NCBI GenBank assembly: GCA_004431415.1
Contig: QPMI01000527.1
Span: forward strand, 124,001-188,000
Direction of reading: 5' to 3'
Length of the DNA stretch: 64,000 nucleotides
Origin: Cyanophora paradoxa CCMP329
Taxonomy: Eukaryota; Plantae; Glaucophyta
Below the pieces are notes generated by a model, which made no database searches, was not told the origin of the DNA, and saw only the letters and a list, made by a program, of their open reading frames with translations. Numbering within the stretch: the first letter of the stretch is position 1; each line of letters begins with the position of its first letter. Positions 25,473-37,874 of this stretch are shown here, piece by piece. The position numbers were made by a program, and so were the translations under genes.

Positions 25473-26572
25473 TCGACGCGCACGCCGGCGGCCGCTCGGC
25501 GCGATTCCCGCGGGGCCCGAGCCCCGGCCCGACCCCGTCCGCCCGCCGCCTCCGCCCCCGCCTCCGCCATGGCCCTCGGCATGGGCGCCATCAACAGCCG
25601 TCCGCCCCCGCCCGCCCCGCCCCCTCCCCGCCCCCTCCCCGCCGGCGGCGCCCCCGGCGCCCTCGGCGGCGGCCGCCGCCTCGACCGTGGCGATGCTGGT
25701 GCGGGCGCTGCAGGCGGTCGGCCGCATGATCGACCGCATGGTCGCCACGACGGGCAAGGGCTCCTCGGTCCTGCGGCCCCGCGCCCTCCTCGTCAAGGGC
25801 CAGCTGGCCTGGGCCGCCGGCGACGCGCGCGCCGCGGCGCTGCACTGGACGGACGCGGCGGAGCTCGCCTCGCGGCTGCTGATGCCCGAGGACCTCGCTC
25901 TCGCCTACTTCCACCTGGCGCGGCGGGCGGGGACCTCGGACGGGCCCCGGACCGCCATCCGCGCCGACCGCGCCCGGCGGCTCTTCGCAGCCACAGGCAA
26001 CTCCTGGTGCGCTTGAGTTTGACGTGGAAAGTGTGAGAAGGAGCCCGCGAGCCGCTGACCTCGCCCGCGCGCAGGCTCTTCGGTCGGGCGATGGCGGAGA
26101 TCCACGTGGTGACGCCCTCTGCGGCCCGCGCGGCCGCCCAGGCCCGCGAGGCGCGGCAGGCGGCAGCGGCCGCCGCTGCCGCCGCTGCCGCCTCCGCCCC
26201 GCCGCGTCGTCGTCGGCGGCGTCGGCGAGCCCGCAGCGGCAGCCGCGGGCCTCGGCCAACATGTCGCCCCCTCCCCATCCGGCGGCGGCCGCCGCTTCGT
26301 CCTCCTCGCCGCCGCCGGCCCCGCAGGCGCCGGCCTCGCCGGCGGGCAGCGGCAGCAGCTCCGTGGCGACCTCTGCCGCACGCAGCCGGGCCGCCTGGGG
26401 CTCGCCGGCCCCGGGCCCCAACCCGGCCCCGGCCTCCCTGGACCCCGGGCCCCCGCCCGCCCTCTCCGCCCCCGTCTCCCAGTCCGGCTCCGCCCTCTCC
26501 GACGGCTCCGCCCAGGGGCCCCCGCCCCCGCCCGAGCCGGCCCCGGCGCCCCCCGTCCAGATGCGCCCCTAG
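25473..26572 (+). pseudogene. ADCY10-like/TPR gene 3' fragment (copy 2: part of the penultimate exon and the last exon, with an internal deletion)
   Basis: Near-identical to 4124-4169 joined to 4575-5626. Ends VQMRP*. Confidence 0.85.
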
Positions 26573-26954
26573 GCCTGACTAGCTCTCGCCCCTAGCTGCG
26601 GTTTTTTAAAATATGCTTGTACATGTGTATATGCGAGGGCGGCTTTTCAGCGTCGGGGTACAGAGCGACGCGGTCGATCGCGAGCGGGGTACAGTAAGGT
26701 CGCGAACTCGAAGCGCTAGCTTGAGACATCGCGATCGCGGGGGATACGTACAGATCTAGAGCACGCGTACGTATACAACGAAATCAAATTGTGATCATCA
26801 CCTGTACCCCCTCGAGCTCGAGGCAGCTTAGCTTGCGGACCCGGGACCGGGACTCCCGCGCGCGGCCGCCGACGAAGCTTGAAGCACGCGATCGCTAGCA
26901 ACAGTCAGCAGCAGCAGACTTCGTACGCTCGCGTAGGTCGTTTCGACGTCGAGG

Positions 26955-29900
26955 ATGTCGGGGATAGGCCGCGGGCGCGGCCGGATTAGTGGAGTGGAGA
27001 TTGGATTTCGTATTCTCCAGCTGATCTCCCGGGACCCCCCCCTCCACTAGTGGTCGGCGCGTCCTGGTGCGTTGCACGCGCTCCGATTCTCGCCCTCGAC
27101 GTCCTGCGCGTCGTTGACCGCGACCGGCTCTCCAGCTGGATGGCTCTCGAGTGCGATGGACGCGTCGTCGACGTCAACCGCTTCGGCAGTTACCTTCGTC
27201 CCGTATGGGAGCGGTGCTCAGACCTCCAAGAATCCCCTAGGACGCGTCCAGCTGCGCGCCGCGCTCATGCATCCGCAGGGTCTGCCTCGCCGATGGCCGG
27301 CGCCGGCGCCGTGGCCAGCGACGGCGACGACCGCGTCCCGCTCCTCGCCGCAGCGCAGAGCGCTTCGCCGTCCAGCGCTGATCATGAGCTAGCTCTGGCG
27401 CCGGCCTCGGCGCCCGACGGGAAGGCCGCCTACGTATACAGCATGCGCACAGCGCCAGCACCCGCGGCGCCGGCCGCGGCCGCAGCGGCTTCACCTGGAG
27501 CCGGCGCCGGCCCGGCTGCAGCAGGAGTCGCCGGTGTCGGCCAGCTGCAGCCGGCTGGCGCTGACAGCGCGGCGTCGCCCCGGGTCGAGCCGTGGTTCCA
27601 TGCGGCTGCGACGGGGGACGTCAACGTGCTTCGGTGCCGCCCCCCCCCCCCCCCCGCCCCCCCCCTCCCCCGTGCCACGGTGCCCTCCTGCCACGCCTGC
27701 GAGGGGCCCAGATCTAGACCCCCCGCCTCAGGGCCTTGCATCCACCGCCCTATTTACTTTCTCCCTCCGCGCTACAGCCCCCCCCCCCCCCCCCCCCCCC
27801 CCCCACCCCCACCCCCACCCCACCCCATCCACCCACCCACACAGACACACACACCACGCACATCACATCCTACCCCCTTCCCCCCCCCCCCCCACCCCCT
27901 CCGCGCTCCCCTGCCCCCCCCCCCCCCCCCCCCCCCCCCCGCTTTCCCATCCACCCCACCCCCACCCCCTTACCCCACCCCACCCCCACCTTCCACCCCC
28001 CCCCCCCCCTCCGTCCCTCGCCCCCCGCCCCCCACCCCCGCCCACTCCGAACTTTGGATCAAATATTGATGGCCTCGCAGGGCGATGCTGGAAGGAGGCC
28101 GGCCGGTCGATTCAACGAACAAGGAAGGCCTCACAGCGCTCTACATTGCATGCGAGAAGGGCCACGAATCCGCAGCACGGCTCCTCCTCGAGCGCGGCGC
28201 AGACTCTATGCTGCCTTGCGGCGAAAGGGGCAGGCTCCCGATTCACGCGGGAGCCGCTTCTGGGCATGAGCCCATTGTGAGGTGCCCTGCAGGAACCCTG
28301 CATCATCCTTGCCAGCTGCAAACAGCCCTGCAGGCTTCTACTGGGGCGCGGGATGCCTGTGGATGCGAAGACCGAACATGGAGCTACGGTACTCTACATT
28401 GCATGCCAGGAAGGTCGGGAGGCCATGGCAGGGCTCCTGCTCGAGCACGGAGCGGACCCCGAGCTGTGCGACGAAGATGGCTGGCACCCCCTCCACGCCG
28501 CTGCAAGCAAGGGGCACGGGGCCGTTGTCATGTGCGTCGAGCCCGGCCCTGCTTTCCGCCGTCGGACTGCATGTGATCTCGTCACGGCGTGTGCCGGCTG
28601 CAGGCTTCTGCTGGAGCGGGGGGCGCCAGTGGATGCGAAGACCAACGATGCTTTCACTGCGCTCTATTTTGCAGCCGCAAAAGGTCACGTGGACGTCGCG
28701 CGGCTCCTGCTTGAGCGCGGAGCGGATCCATCGCTCCCGTGTGGCCCCAACGGCTGGCAGCCACTCCACAAAGCTGCAGAGAATGTGCACGGAGCTGTCG
28801 TCAAGTGCGACGGGCCGGGCTCTGTACATGTTTTTCGCCGCCGAACTGCATGCATATGTGATCTCGTGTGCCGGCTGCAGGCTTCTGCTGGAGCGGGGGG
28901 CGCCAGTGGATGCAAAGATTAACAAGGGTTTCACTGCGCTCTTCATTGCAGGCGGGATGGGTCATTTGGACGTCGCGCAGCTCCTGCTCGAGCGCGGAGC
29001 GGACCCCGTGCTCCCTTGCGGCCCCAGCGGCTGGCAGCCCCTCCACGCCGCTGCCAGGAAGGGGCAAGGAGCCGTTGTCAAGTGCGGCGGGCCCGGCCCT
29101 GCTTACCGCTGTCGGACTGCATGTAATCTCGTGTGCCGGCCACAGGTTTCTGCTGGAGCGCGGGGCGCCGGTGGATGCGAAGACCGAAGATGGGCGTACG
29201 GCACTCTACACTGCGTGCCAGGAAGGTTGCGAGGCGGTTGCAAGGCTCATGCTTGAGCGCGGAGCGGACCCATCGCTCCCGTGTGGCCCCAACGGCTGGC
29301 AGCCACTCCACACCGCTGCATTGAATGGACATGGAGCCGTTGTCAAGTGCGGCGGTCCCGGCCCGGTTTCCGCCATTGGACTGCATGTGATCTCTTGTGC
29401 CGGCTGCAGGCTTCTGCTGGAATTCCGGGTGCTGGTGGATGCGAAGAGCAAGACTTGTTACACTGCGCTCTGCCTGGCAGCGGGAAACGGGCACGTGGAC
29501 GCTGTGCGGCTCTTGCTCGAGCACGGTGCGGACCCCATGATTTCTTGCGGCCCCGACGGCATTCAGCCTCTCCACATCGCTGCAATGAACGGGCACGGAG
29601 CCATTGTCAAGTGCGGAGGGCCCTGCCCTGCTTTCCGCCATCAGACCGCATGTAATATCGTGTGTCGACTGCAGGCTTCTGCTGGAGCAGGAGGCGCCGG
29701 TGGATGCAAAGTGCAATAACGGTCTCACTGCGCTCTTCAATGCAGCTAAGAACGGTCACGTGGATATCGCGCGGCTCCTGCTCGAGCGCGGCGCGGACCC
29801 CGCACTCCCGTGTGGCCCCAATGGCCATCACCCCCTCCACATCGCTACAAGCAACGGACACGTCATCATCGTTAAGTGCGGCGGGCCCAGCTCTGCTTTC

Positions 29901-30408
29901 CGCCGTCGGACTGCATGTGATCTCCTGTGCCGGCTGCAGGCTCCTGCTGGAGCGGGGGGCGCTACTTAATGCGAAGACCAAGTCTTAATCCACAGCGCTC
30001 CGCATCGCAGCCCTTATGGGTTACGTGGACTTGGCGCGGCTCTTGCTCGAGCACGGAGCGGACTCTTCCCTACCTAGCGGCTTTGATGGCTCGCAGCCCC
30101 TTCACACCGCTGCAAACAACGGGCACGGAGCCGTTGTCAAGTGCGGCTTTTGAGGGCTCGTGGGGACTGTTTTTGCTTTCTAACTGCGTGATCGTGTTCT
30201 CTGACCACAGGCTTCTGCTGGATTATGGGGCGCCGGTGAATGCAAAGTCCAGATATGGTTTCATGGCGCTCATTTCGGCGTCCTGTTCTGGTCATGAGGC
30301 CGTGGCACGGCTTCTGCTCGCGCACGGCGCGGATCCCAATCTGGCGGACAGCGAAAACATGCTGCCCATCCATGCAGCTGCATATTCCGGGAGCGTAGCT
30401 CTGTTGAA
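26955..30408 (+). pseudogene. Ankyrin-TRP gene copy B, truncated after the ankyrin cassettes and fused through a hybrid intron to ADCY10-like copy 3
   Basis: Nine ankyrin cassette exons. About 65-bp insert in exon 1. In-frame TAA at 29986-29988. Homology to the TRP gene ends at ~30461. Confidence 0.85.
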
Positions 30409-30533
30409 GTACGTATTATTGAGCCATTTCCACATCCATCCAGGTACCTGATAAGCTCGCTCCCCGCCCCTCTCGCCCCGCCCCTCCCCGCCTCTCTCCT
30501 CCCCGCCTCACGCGCGCCCCTCCCCGCCCGCAG

Positions 30534-33500
30534 GTACGCGTCGCGGTGCGAGATGCACAAGCGGATCGGGGAGTACCTCGAGGAGCACTTCAAGGGCGCC
30601 CCCGGTGCGCCTGTGAGGGAGGGGGGGGGGGGGGGGGGGGGGGCAGCGTGCCCCAGCGCTTAGCAGCGCGCTCCACGCCCTGCGCCACGCGGCCCAGCCT
30701 ACTAGACACCCTAGCTCCAAGCAGGGCTTCGCGTTGCAGCGCGCCCGCCGGCTCCGGCTCCGGCGCCAGGGAGCGGAGCAGCGCATAGCAGCGCGCCCGC
30801 CCAGCGCGCATAGCAGCCCCATAGCTCCACCCGCTTAGCTCCACGCCTCCACCGCCCCTCTTACTCTCTCTCTCGCTCACTCGCCCGCTTCCCCCCTCAG
30901 ACGCGACGATGACGCTGGCGGACTACGTCGTCCTCTCCACGCACTTCGCCGAGGCCGGCGACTCCCCCGACGTCCTCGAGAAGGCCGTCTCCTACTCCCT
31001 CCGCGCCGGCTCCCTCGCCGAGAACAAGGTGCGGGGAAGCCCGACGAGCCTAGCGAGCTAGCCTTCTCTAGCAAGCTGTTCTTCTTAGTGCCTGAGTATT
31101 CTGCTCACCTCCGCGAGCCTAATTCTCTTCGTCGCCGGCAGTTCTCGAACCAGGAGGCGTGCACGTTCTACCTGACGGCGCTGCACCTCTGCGAGAAGCT
31201 CGGCGAGGCCCGCTCGCCCCGCGTCGCCCAGCTCTACCGCCGCCTCGGCGACGTCCAGGTCCGAGCGAGCCCGACCGCTTTAAGAAGAATTACGTTTGGT
31301 TAGTTAGAAAACAAAAGCGATGAGCCATGAGCTAGTTTGTTAGTTAGCGATTAGCGAACTTAGGGGGTTGGTTCCAAGCGCGCGCCGCGCCGCCGCCTCG
31401 CCTGTCTGCCGGAGGCTTTTAGCTTACTTAAGAGATGGTTGGAATCGCGTCTCGTGAGATAACTTAACCGTTTTGTCGCGCAGTTCGTGCTGAACGACGT
31501 GGCGGCGGCGATCGCCTCCTTCGAGAAGTGCTTCGACCTCCTCGGCTTCCAGGTGCGAACAAGGGAAGAAGAAGAAGACTCTCTAGGGAGAGCGAGCGAG
31601 CTAGCTAAGAGAGCGAGCTAGCTAGCTGACGGAGAAGGGAGCCCAAGAGAGCACCCGTGTCCGCCGGCGCCGGCTCACGTCCCTCCTTCAGGTGCCGTCC
31701 TCCGGTGTGGGCCTCGCGGCGCGCATCTTCCGCGAGATCGTCGCCCAGGCCCGCAACCGAATCCGCAAGTCCGGCGTGCGCGACCCGCTAGGCTGGGCTT
31801 TGCTCTGCCGAGGAGGCTAGACTGGGCTAGGCTTAGCCTAAGCCCAGCCTAGCTTCGGTTCTGCTCTGTGCCGAGGGGGCCGACGCGGGGTCCGTGCCGC
31901 GCGCGCGCAGGCTCTGTACCGGAGGCTCGCGCAGCCGCCGCCGGCGGTGCCGCACGGCGGGACGGGCACGCACCGGCGCTCGCAGGGCCTCATCCCCAAC
32001 TCGACGTCCAGCGCCCAGCTCAACTCGCCGGCCGGCGGCGCCGGAGTGGGCGGCGAGGGCGGGAGCGTCCCCCACACGGCCCACGGGACGCCGCGGACGC
32101 CCGGCGGCGCGGGCGGCGCCGGTGCTGGCGGCGGCGGCGGCGCGAGCGAGCGGCCGCGGTCGTTCGGGCCGGCCGTGCCCGGCCTCCCCGCGCCCCCCGT
32201 GGACCCCAACGCCGTCTCCAGCGCCCGCCCCCTCCGGGACATGGCCCGCATCCTCTCCAAGCTCTACCAGGTGCCATCTTATCTCTAAGCTCTTTATGTA
32301 ACCTATTCTTATTGTTCTTCTTATCTCAGGCCTACTTCCACGAGCGGACGCCGCTGAAGGGCGTCTACGTCGCCCTCTTCCTCCTCAACCGCGCCGAGGA
32401 GACCGGTGACTGCGCCCTCGCCGCCCTCCCCACCGCCCTCACGGTCCGCTCCGCTCGCTCCGCTCTGCCCCGCCCCGCTCCGCTCCGTACTAGACCGTCT
32501 TTTAGACCGCACCGCCCCCCCGCCCCCGCACCGCTACGCTCCGCCCCGCCGCGCGCCGCGCGGTATCCGCGGCTATGATCTATCATAGCAGACCGGATCC
32601 TAGCGTAGATCTAAGGCGGTATCGGCCAGGATCATAAGATACTTCTACCCCCCGCCCCGCCCGCCCCGCCCCGCCCCGCCCCGCCGTGCCTGACAGCGCC
32701 GGCCCCGCCCCCCGCGCAGTGCCTGACGTGCCTGGTGAGCGGGATGGCGAGGCAGGCGCGCGAGTACTGCGCGTTGACCCTCCAGCTCTGCAACTACGTT
32801 GACGACCGGCCCTTTGTCGCCCAGGTCCGTAACAGAACAACGGAGCAGAGCAGAGCATAGCATAGCAGAGCAGAGCGGAGCGGAGCGGAGCGGCGGCCTG
32901 ACCGGCCTTGGTTCGATCGCGCAGGCGTACGCGTACCTGGCGTGGTACTTCGCGGTGACGGGCCAGTGGGGCGAGGCGGACGAGTCGATCCGCGCCGCCG
33001 TTGCCATCTTCGAGGAGCACGGGGACGGCAAGGAGAGCATGCAGCTCCTCTCGGCCCTCGCCGGCGTCGGCCACCTCTCCCGCATGCAGCAGGTGCGGGG
33101 AAGCTAGAAGAAGAGGCTGGAAGCCAGAAGCTCGCTCACTTTAGAAGAAGCTAGAAGCTAGAAGCTCTCCGCTCTCCGCCCTCGCCGGCCATTAAATCTC
33201 TCCCCCTTCCGCTGCCCTCTCCTCACTCGCTCACCGTCCACGCGGCAGGCGCGCCCGGCCGAGGTCCTCGCGACGGTGCGGCAGCTGCGGGACGCGGCGG
33301 AGAGCATCGACGACGTCGCGACGCGCTCCTTCGCGGTGGCGTGGGAGGCCGTGCTCCTGCTGCAGGCGGCCGAGCCGCGCGCCGCGCTGGACGTGCTCGT
33401 GGGCAGCCAGCCGCGGCGCGCCCTTGGCCTTGACGAGAAGGACGCGGCGCCCTCGCCGCCGGCGCCGGCGCCCTCCGTCGGCACGCAGTCGCGCCGCGCC

Positions 33501-35015
33501 ATCGGCGCCGTCGACGCGTACGCCGGCGGCCGCTCGGCGCGATTCCCGCGGGGGCCAGTGGGCGGGCCCGTGGCGGCGGCCGCCGCCGCCGTCGCCGAGG
33601 CCGAGGAGGACGCGGACGGGGGGCCCGGCGTCGACGTCTCCGAGTCGGCGCCGGAGGGCCAGGCCTACCGCCGCGAGGTCGGCTGGTGCGCCCTGGTCGC
33701 CGTCCTCACGGCCCTGGGCGACGTCCCGCACGCCCTCGCGCACGCCCGGAGCCTGGCGGAGCTGGCGGGGACCGGAGCCCCCGCCGGGCTCTCCTGGGAG
33801 GCCGCCGTCGTCCTGACGGCGGCCGCCGACGCCATCTGCGACCTCATCGACGCCGTCCGCGCCTCGCCGGCCGTCGCAGCGGCCGCGGCTGCAGCCTCCG
33901 CGGCCTCCCCGACGCCCCCGCCCCGCACCACCTCCTCCTCCTCGACTTCCCCCGAGCCCCGGCCCGACCCCGTCCGCCCCGCCGCCTCCGCCCCTGCCTC
34001 CGCCATGGCCCTCGGCATGGGCGCCATCAACAGCCGTCCGCCCCCGCCCGCCCTGCCCCCTCCCCCTCCCCCGCCCCCGCCGGCGGCGCCCCCGGCGCCC
34101 TCGGCGGCGGCCGCCGCCTCGACCGTGGCGATGCTGGTGCGGGCGCTGCAGGCGGTCGGCCGCATGATCGACCGCATGGTCGCGACGACGGGCAAGGGAT
34201 CCTCCGTCCTGCGGCCCCGGGCGCTCCTCGTCAAGGGCCAGCTGGCCTGGGCCGCCGGCGACGCGCGCGCGGCGGCGCTGCACTGGACGGACGCGGCGGA
34301 GCTCGCCTCGCGGCTGCTGATGCCGGAGGACCTGGCCCTCGCCTACTTCCACCTGGCGCGCCGGGCGGGGACCTCGGACGGGCCCCTCACCGCCATCCGC
34401 GCCGACCGCGCCCGGCGGCTCTTCGCGGCCACCGGCAACCGTTGAACACCTGGTGCGCTTTACTTGAAAATGGGAGGTGTGAGGGGGACCGTGTGCGTGG
34501 CTGACCGCTCCCGCGCGCAGGCTCTTCGGTCGGGCGATGACGGAGATCCACGTGGTCACGCCCTCGGCGGCCCGCGCGGCCGCCCAGGCCCGCGAGGCGC
34601 GGCAGGCGGCGGCCGCCGCCGCTGCCGCCGCCGCCGCCTCCGCCCCGCCGCGTCGTCGTCGGCGGCGTCCGCGAGCCCGCAGCGGCAGCCGCGGGCCTCG
34701 GCCAACATGTCGCCCCCTCCCCACCCGGCGGCCGCCGCCTCGTCCTCCTCGCCGCCGCCGGCCCCGCAGGCGCCGGCCTCGCCGGCGGGCAGCGGCAGCA
34801 GCTCCGTGGCGACCTCTGCCGCCCGCAGCCGGGCCGCCTGGGGCTCGCCGGCCCCGGGCCCCAACCCGGCCCCGGCCTCGCTGGACCCGGGGCCCCCGCC
34901 CGTCCTCTCCGCCCCCGTCTCCCAGTCCGGCTCCGCCCTCTCCGACGGCTCGGCCCAGGGGCCCCCGCCCCCGCCCGAGCCGGCCCTGGCGCCCGCCGTC
35001 CAGATGCGCCCCTAG
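30534..35015 (+). pseudogene. ADCY10-like/TPR gene 3' part (copy 3)
   Basis: Exons near-identical to 843-5626. An 8-bp insertion at ~34440 creates a TGA. No 5' exons of its own. Confidence 0.85.
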
Positions 35016-35351
35016 GCCTGACTAGCTCGCCCCTAGCTGCGGCTTTTTGAAGTATGCTTGTACATGTGTATATGCGAGGGCGGATTTTCAGCGTCGGGGT
35101 ACAGAGCGTCCGAAGTCGGGGTAATATATATATATATAGCGGTCATCGCAAGGTGTACATAAAGGTACTCATGATCAGTACTAGTAAAATGGCACGTCAT
35201 GATCACCGGCGAGTCGGCGGCGACTCACGTACCGCACGTGCACGTGCACGTGGCCATGCGCCAGTGCTGCTGGCAGTGCAGCGCTAGCGCCAGCTGCGCC
35301 ACTGGCTGCCAGTGGCTGATATATACCGTGTTACACTATATTAAGGTACTC

Positions 35352-36600
35352 TTTTTTTTTGGTGAATTACCGGCCACAGTCTCTAGACACCAGCACTGCG
35401 GGGGCTGCCCAGGGGGCATAAAGACAAAAAAGCAAAATAACTAAGACAAGAGCACGAAGAAAGATAAGACAAAGAGCCAAAATCGACAATAATAAAGAAA
35501 AGACACAGAGCTCGAGACAGATCGAGAAGAGACGATAAAGCGAGCAGATCGAGGGACAGAGGAGGACTGACACGAAGAAGAGCCAGAGCTAGAGATACCA
35601 TCAAGATCGGAAGGAATTACATCACTAAGAAGCGGAGGACAAAATTGAGAAAGATAAATAACAGGAAGCAGACAAGTAAGAGGAACAACAAGACGACGTG
35701 GAGGCGGAGGCGAAGCAGGACGATGCGAAAGGGCAGAGCTACGGCACGAGGTCGACGAGGACACAGGAGGCGGAGCAGGCGGATCAAGAGCAGGCAAAAG
35801 GACAGTCAAAGGAATCACTAAAGCCGGCCGGGGTCGAGGCGGGCAGTCGAACTGCAAACGACGGCGAACAACAGGTCGAGCACGAGGACTATAGCTAGTA
35901 TTGAAACTAACTCTAGCATCAACACTACGATCAGAATCCGAACTGGACCGAACTAAACTATAAGACGAAGTACGCCGGCGCCGGCGGGATACGACCAGCG
36001 AAGCAGAAGACGAAAGCAAAGGCGGCAGTCCGGTATCAAGAACAAAGGCCGGAGGGTCCGGCCCGGCAAACCGCCGGAGGGAAGTAGAAGGAGACGCAGG
36101 CTCGGCAAGCCGGCGACGGGTACGACCACGAGTCCGAGAGGAGATCGGGGAATTGAGGGCCCAGGAGCAGAGCCAGGAGAAGGTAAGCCCGGCGAAAAAT
36201 CTGACCCGGAGCCGGAACCCAGCGAACGACGACGACGAAGAGGCCCCCGAGGAGCCACGACGGGGGAGCTACCGAGCAAAGTACTGACAGCCGGCGCCGA
36301 ACATGGCGGCGCGGCGGAGGTACCCCGCAGATAGTGGCTGGCGGATCCGGAGAGTCCAGGGTCGATCGAGAGATCCGCCGACGGGAACGCGGCGGAGGCC
36401 TACGAGACGGAAGAGGCGAGGAGGGAGCCGAGGAAGGGTCGGATCCGGAGGCAGGGGAAGGGCCGCGAGCAGGTGACGGGGATCGCTGCCGGCGCCGAAG
36501 AGAGGGCAGCGAAGCAGGAGAAAGGTCGGGTGGCGCCGGATCAGATCTAGATGACACGGGAGTCATGGGCGGCGCAAAGAGAGACGAGCTCGAGGGCGCA
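35352..36600 (-). mobile_element. LINE family A 3' fragment (~1.25 kb) with 13-bp TSD
   Basis: Near-identical to 13389-14638. TSD TATTAAGGTACTC at 35339-35351 and 36601-36613. Confidence 0.93.
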
Positions 36601-36612
36601 TATTAAGGTACT

Positions 36613-36992
36613 CACTTTATTATGTCATCCCCAAATTATGTCGCCTTGGACGGGACATAACGACATAATTTGGTACCGTCATATATAGTAGGGGCCTGTA
36701 GGGCACGCTCAGTGGTACCCCACCAGATTTCAAAAAAAGTTTACCGTCCCATACAATTTTTTTTTGGTGAATTACCGGCCACAGCCTCTAGTCTACTCCA
36801 GCACTGTGGGGGCGTATATATACAGGCAAGGTGGGGCATGATCGATCGGAATTATGTGGAACGGGCGGGATTCGAAGGCGTGATTCTCATCGCAGGGCGA
36901 TTCGAAAAGTTCATGACGACATAATTTGGGGATGTCATATTTCGCATATAGAGAATTTAAAACGACATAAATTTGACCGTCATATTATTGTG
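36613..36992. mobile_element. Probable MITE-like element with internal inverted repeats; boundaries uncertain
   Basis: 23-bp inverted repeat TATGTCATCCCCAAATTATGTCG (36621-36643 / 36917-36939, 1 mismatch), several CGACATAA(T) motifs, CAC...GTG possible ends. No convincing TSD. Confidence 0.45.
36757..36813 (-). mobile_element. Very short LINE A 3' end
   Basis: Poly(T)-GGTGAATTACCGGCCACAG..CCAGCACTG, as at 13389. Confidence 0.8.
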
Positions 36993-37025
36993 TTTTACGT
37001 TACCTGCAGCCTGCCAGGCTGCAGG

Positions 37026-37715
37026 CAGTGTTGTCAACATGATGCACAGATCATGATCGCGACATCATGATGGGACGTAAATTTCGCATCATGATGACCT
37101 CGGATTATGATGATCGTCATCATGATGTGAGGGGGGGTACCTATACGGCACACGAATCGCGTATTTCTGGCCGCCTGCGCTATTTCAAAGGTCTCATGTA
37201 CGATCTTAACAGCTAACAGACGCTGTAGCAGCAGTTTAGAGCATGGTTGGAGCGATTCGGACAATGTTGAAAGGCTGCTGGACTCAGCAGCTGGAGTGCT
37301 GGGGGGGTACAGTGGGCCCTACCCTTAGTCGCTGGTGATGCAAGATCGCCCAGATTTGCACTTTGAGAAGGGTGCGGAGACGCTTAACACATCTCCTAAA
37401 ACACACAATAGACTATCTTAAGACTTAAGGAGGCTGATCAACTGCTCCTCTGCCTAAAACATCTTGGGGAGAAGGGGTTGTGTGCCTCTTTTGGGCCAAC
37501 CCTGAGCCTAATATCTATCCGGACTGGTCAGGGATGAGTTAGAAACACGACATAATGCATAGGAAGCGCAGCAGAGAGCCCCCGTAGCGAAACAAGCGTA
37601 GAAAATGCCGGGCAAACGATGATGATGGCGGGAAGACATCATGATCGATCATGATCCATCATTATCACCGCATCATGATGCGTGACCGGTCGTGTGCATC
37701 ATGTTGACAACACTG
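37026..37715. mobile_element. Non-autonomous hAT-type DNA transposon (690 bp)
   Basis: Perfect 23-bp TIR CAGTGTTGTCAACATGATGCACA (37026-37048 / 37693-37715). 8-bp TSD GCTGCAGG (37018-37025 / 37716-37723). Subterminal CATCATGATG palindromes. Confidence 0.9.
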
Positions 37716-37874
37716 GCTGCAGGCTGCAGCCTGCAGCTGCGGTCAAAAGTTCGCTGCAACGTTCACAGCTCGTTTTTTTTGTATTTCGACCAAACATGGC
37801 GAATATACGGTTAAAATTCGAATTCCCCGCGGGAGGCCACAACTTTACGAATTCCCCGAAGTTAAAATACGGTT

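Noticed and set aside
28530-29940. CRISPR-like or DGR-like array (constant ~64-bp unit alternating with variable ~200-bp units)
   Set aside because: The constant units are GT..AG introns and the variable units are ankyrin exons. There are no cas genes, no adenine-specific TR/VR pair was apparent, and the RTs present are LINE-type.
35334-36992. A larger CAC...GTG element starting at 35334
   Set aside because: Terminal similarity is only about 9 of 12 and the flanking triplets differ (TTA vs TTT).
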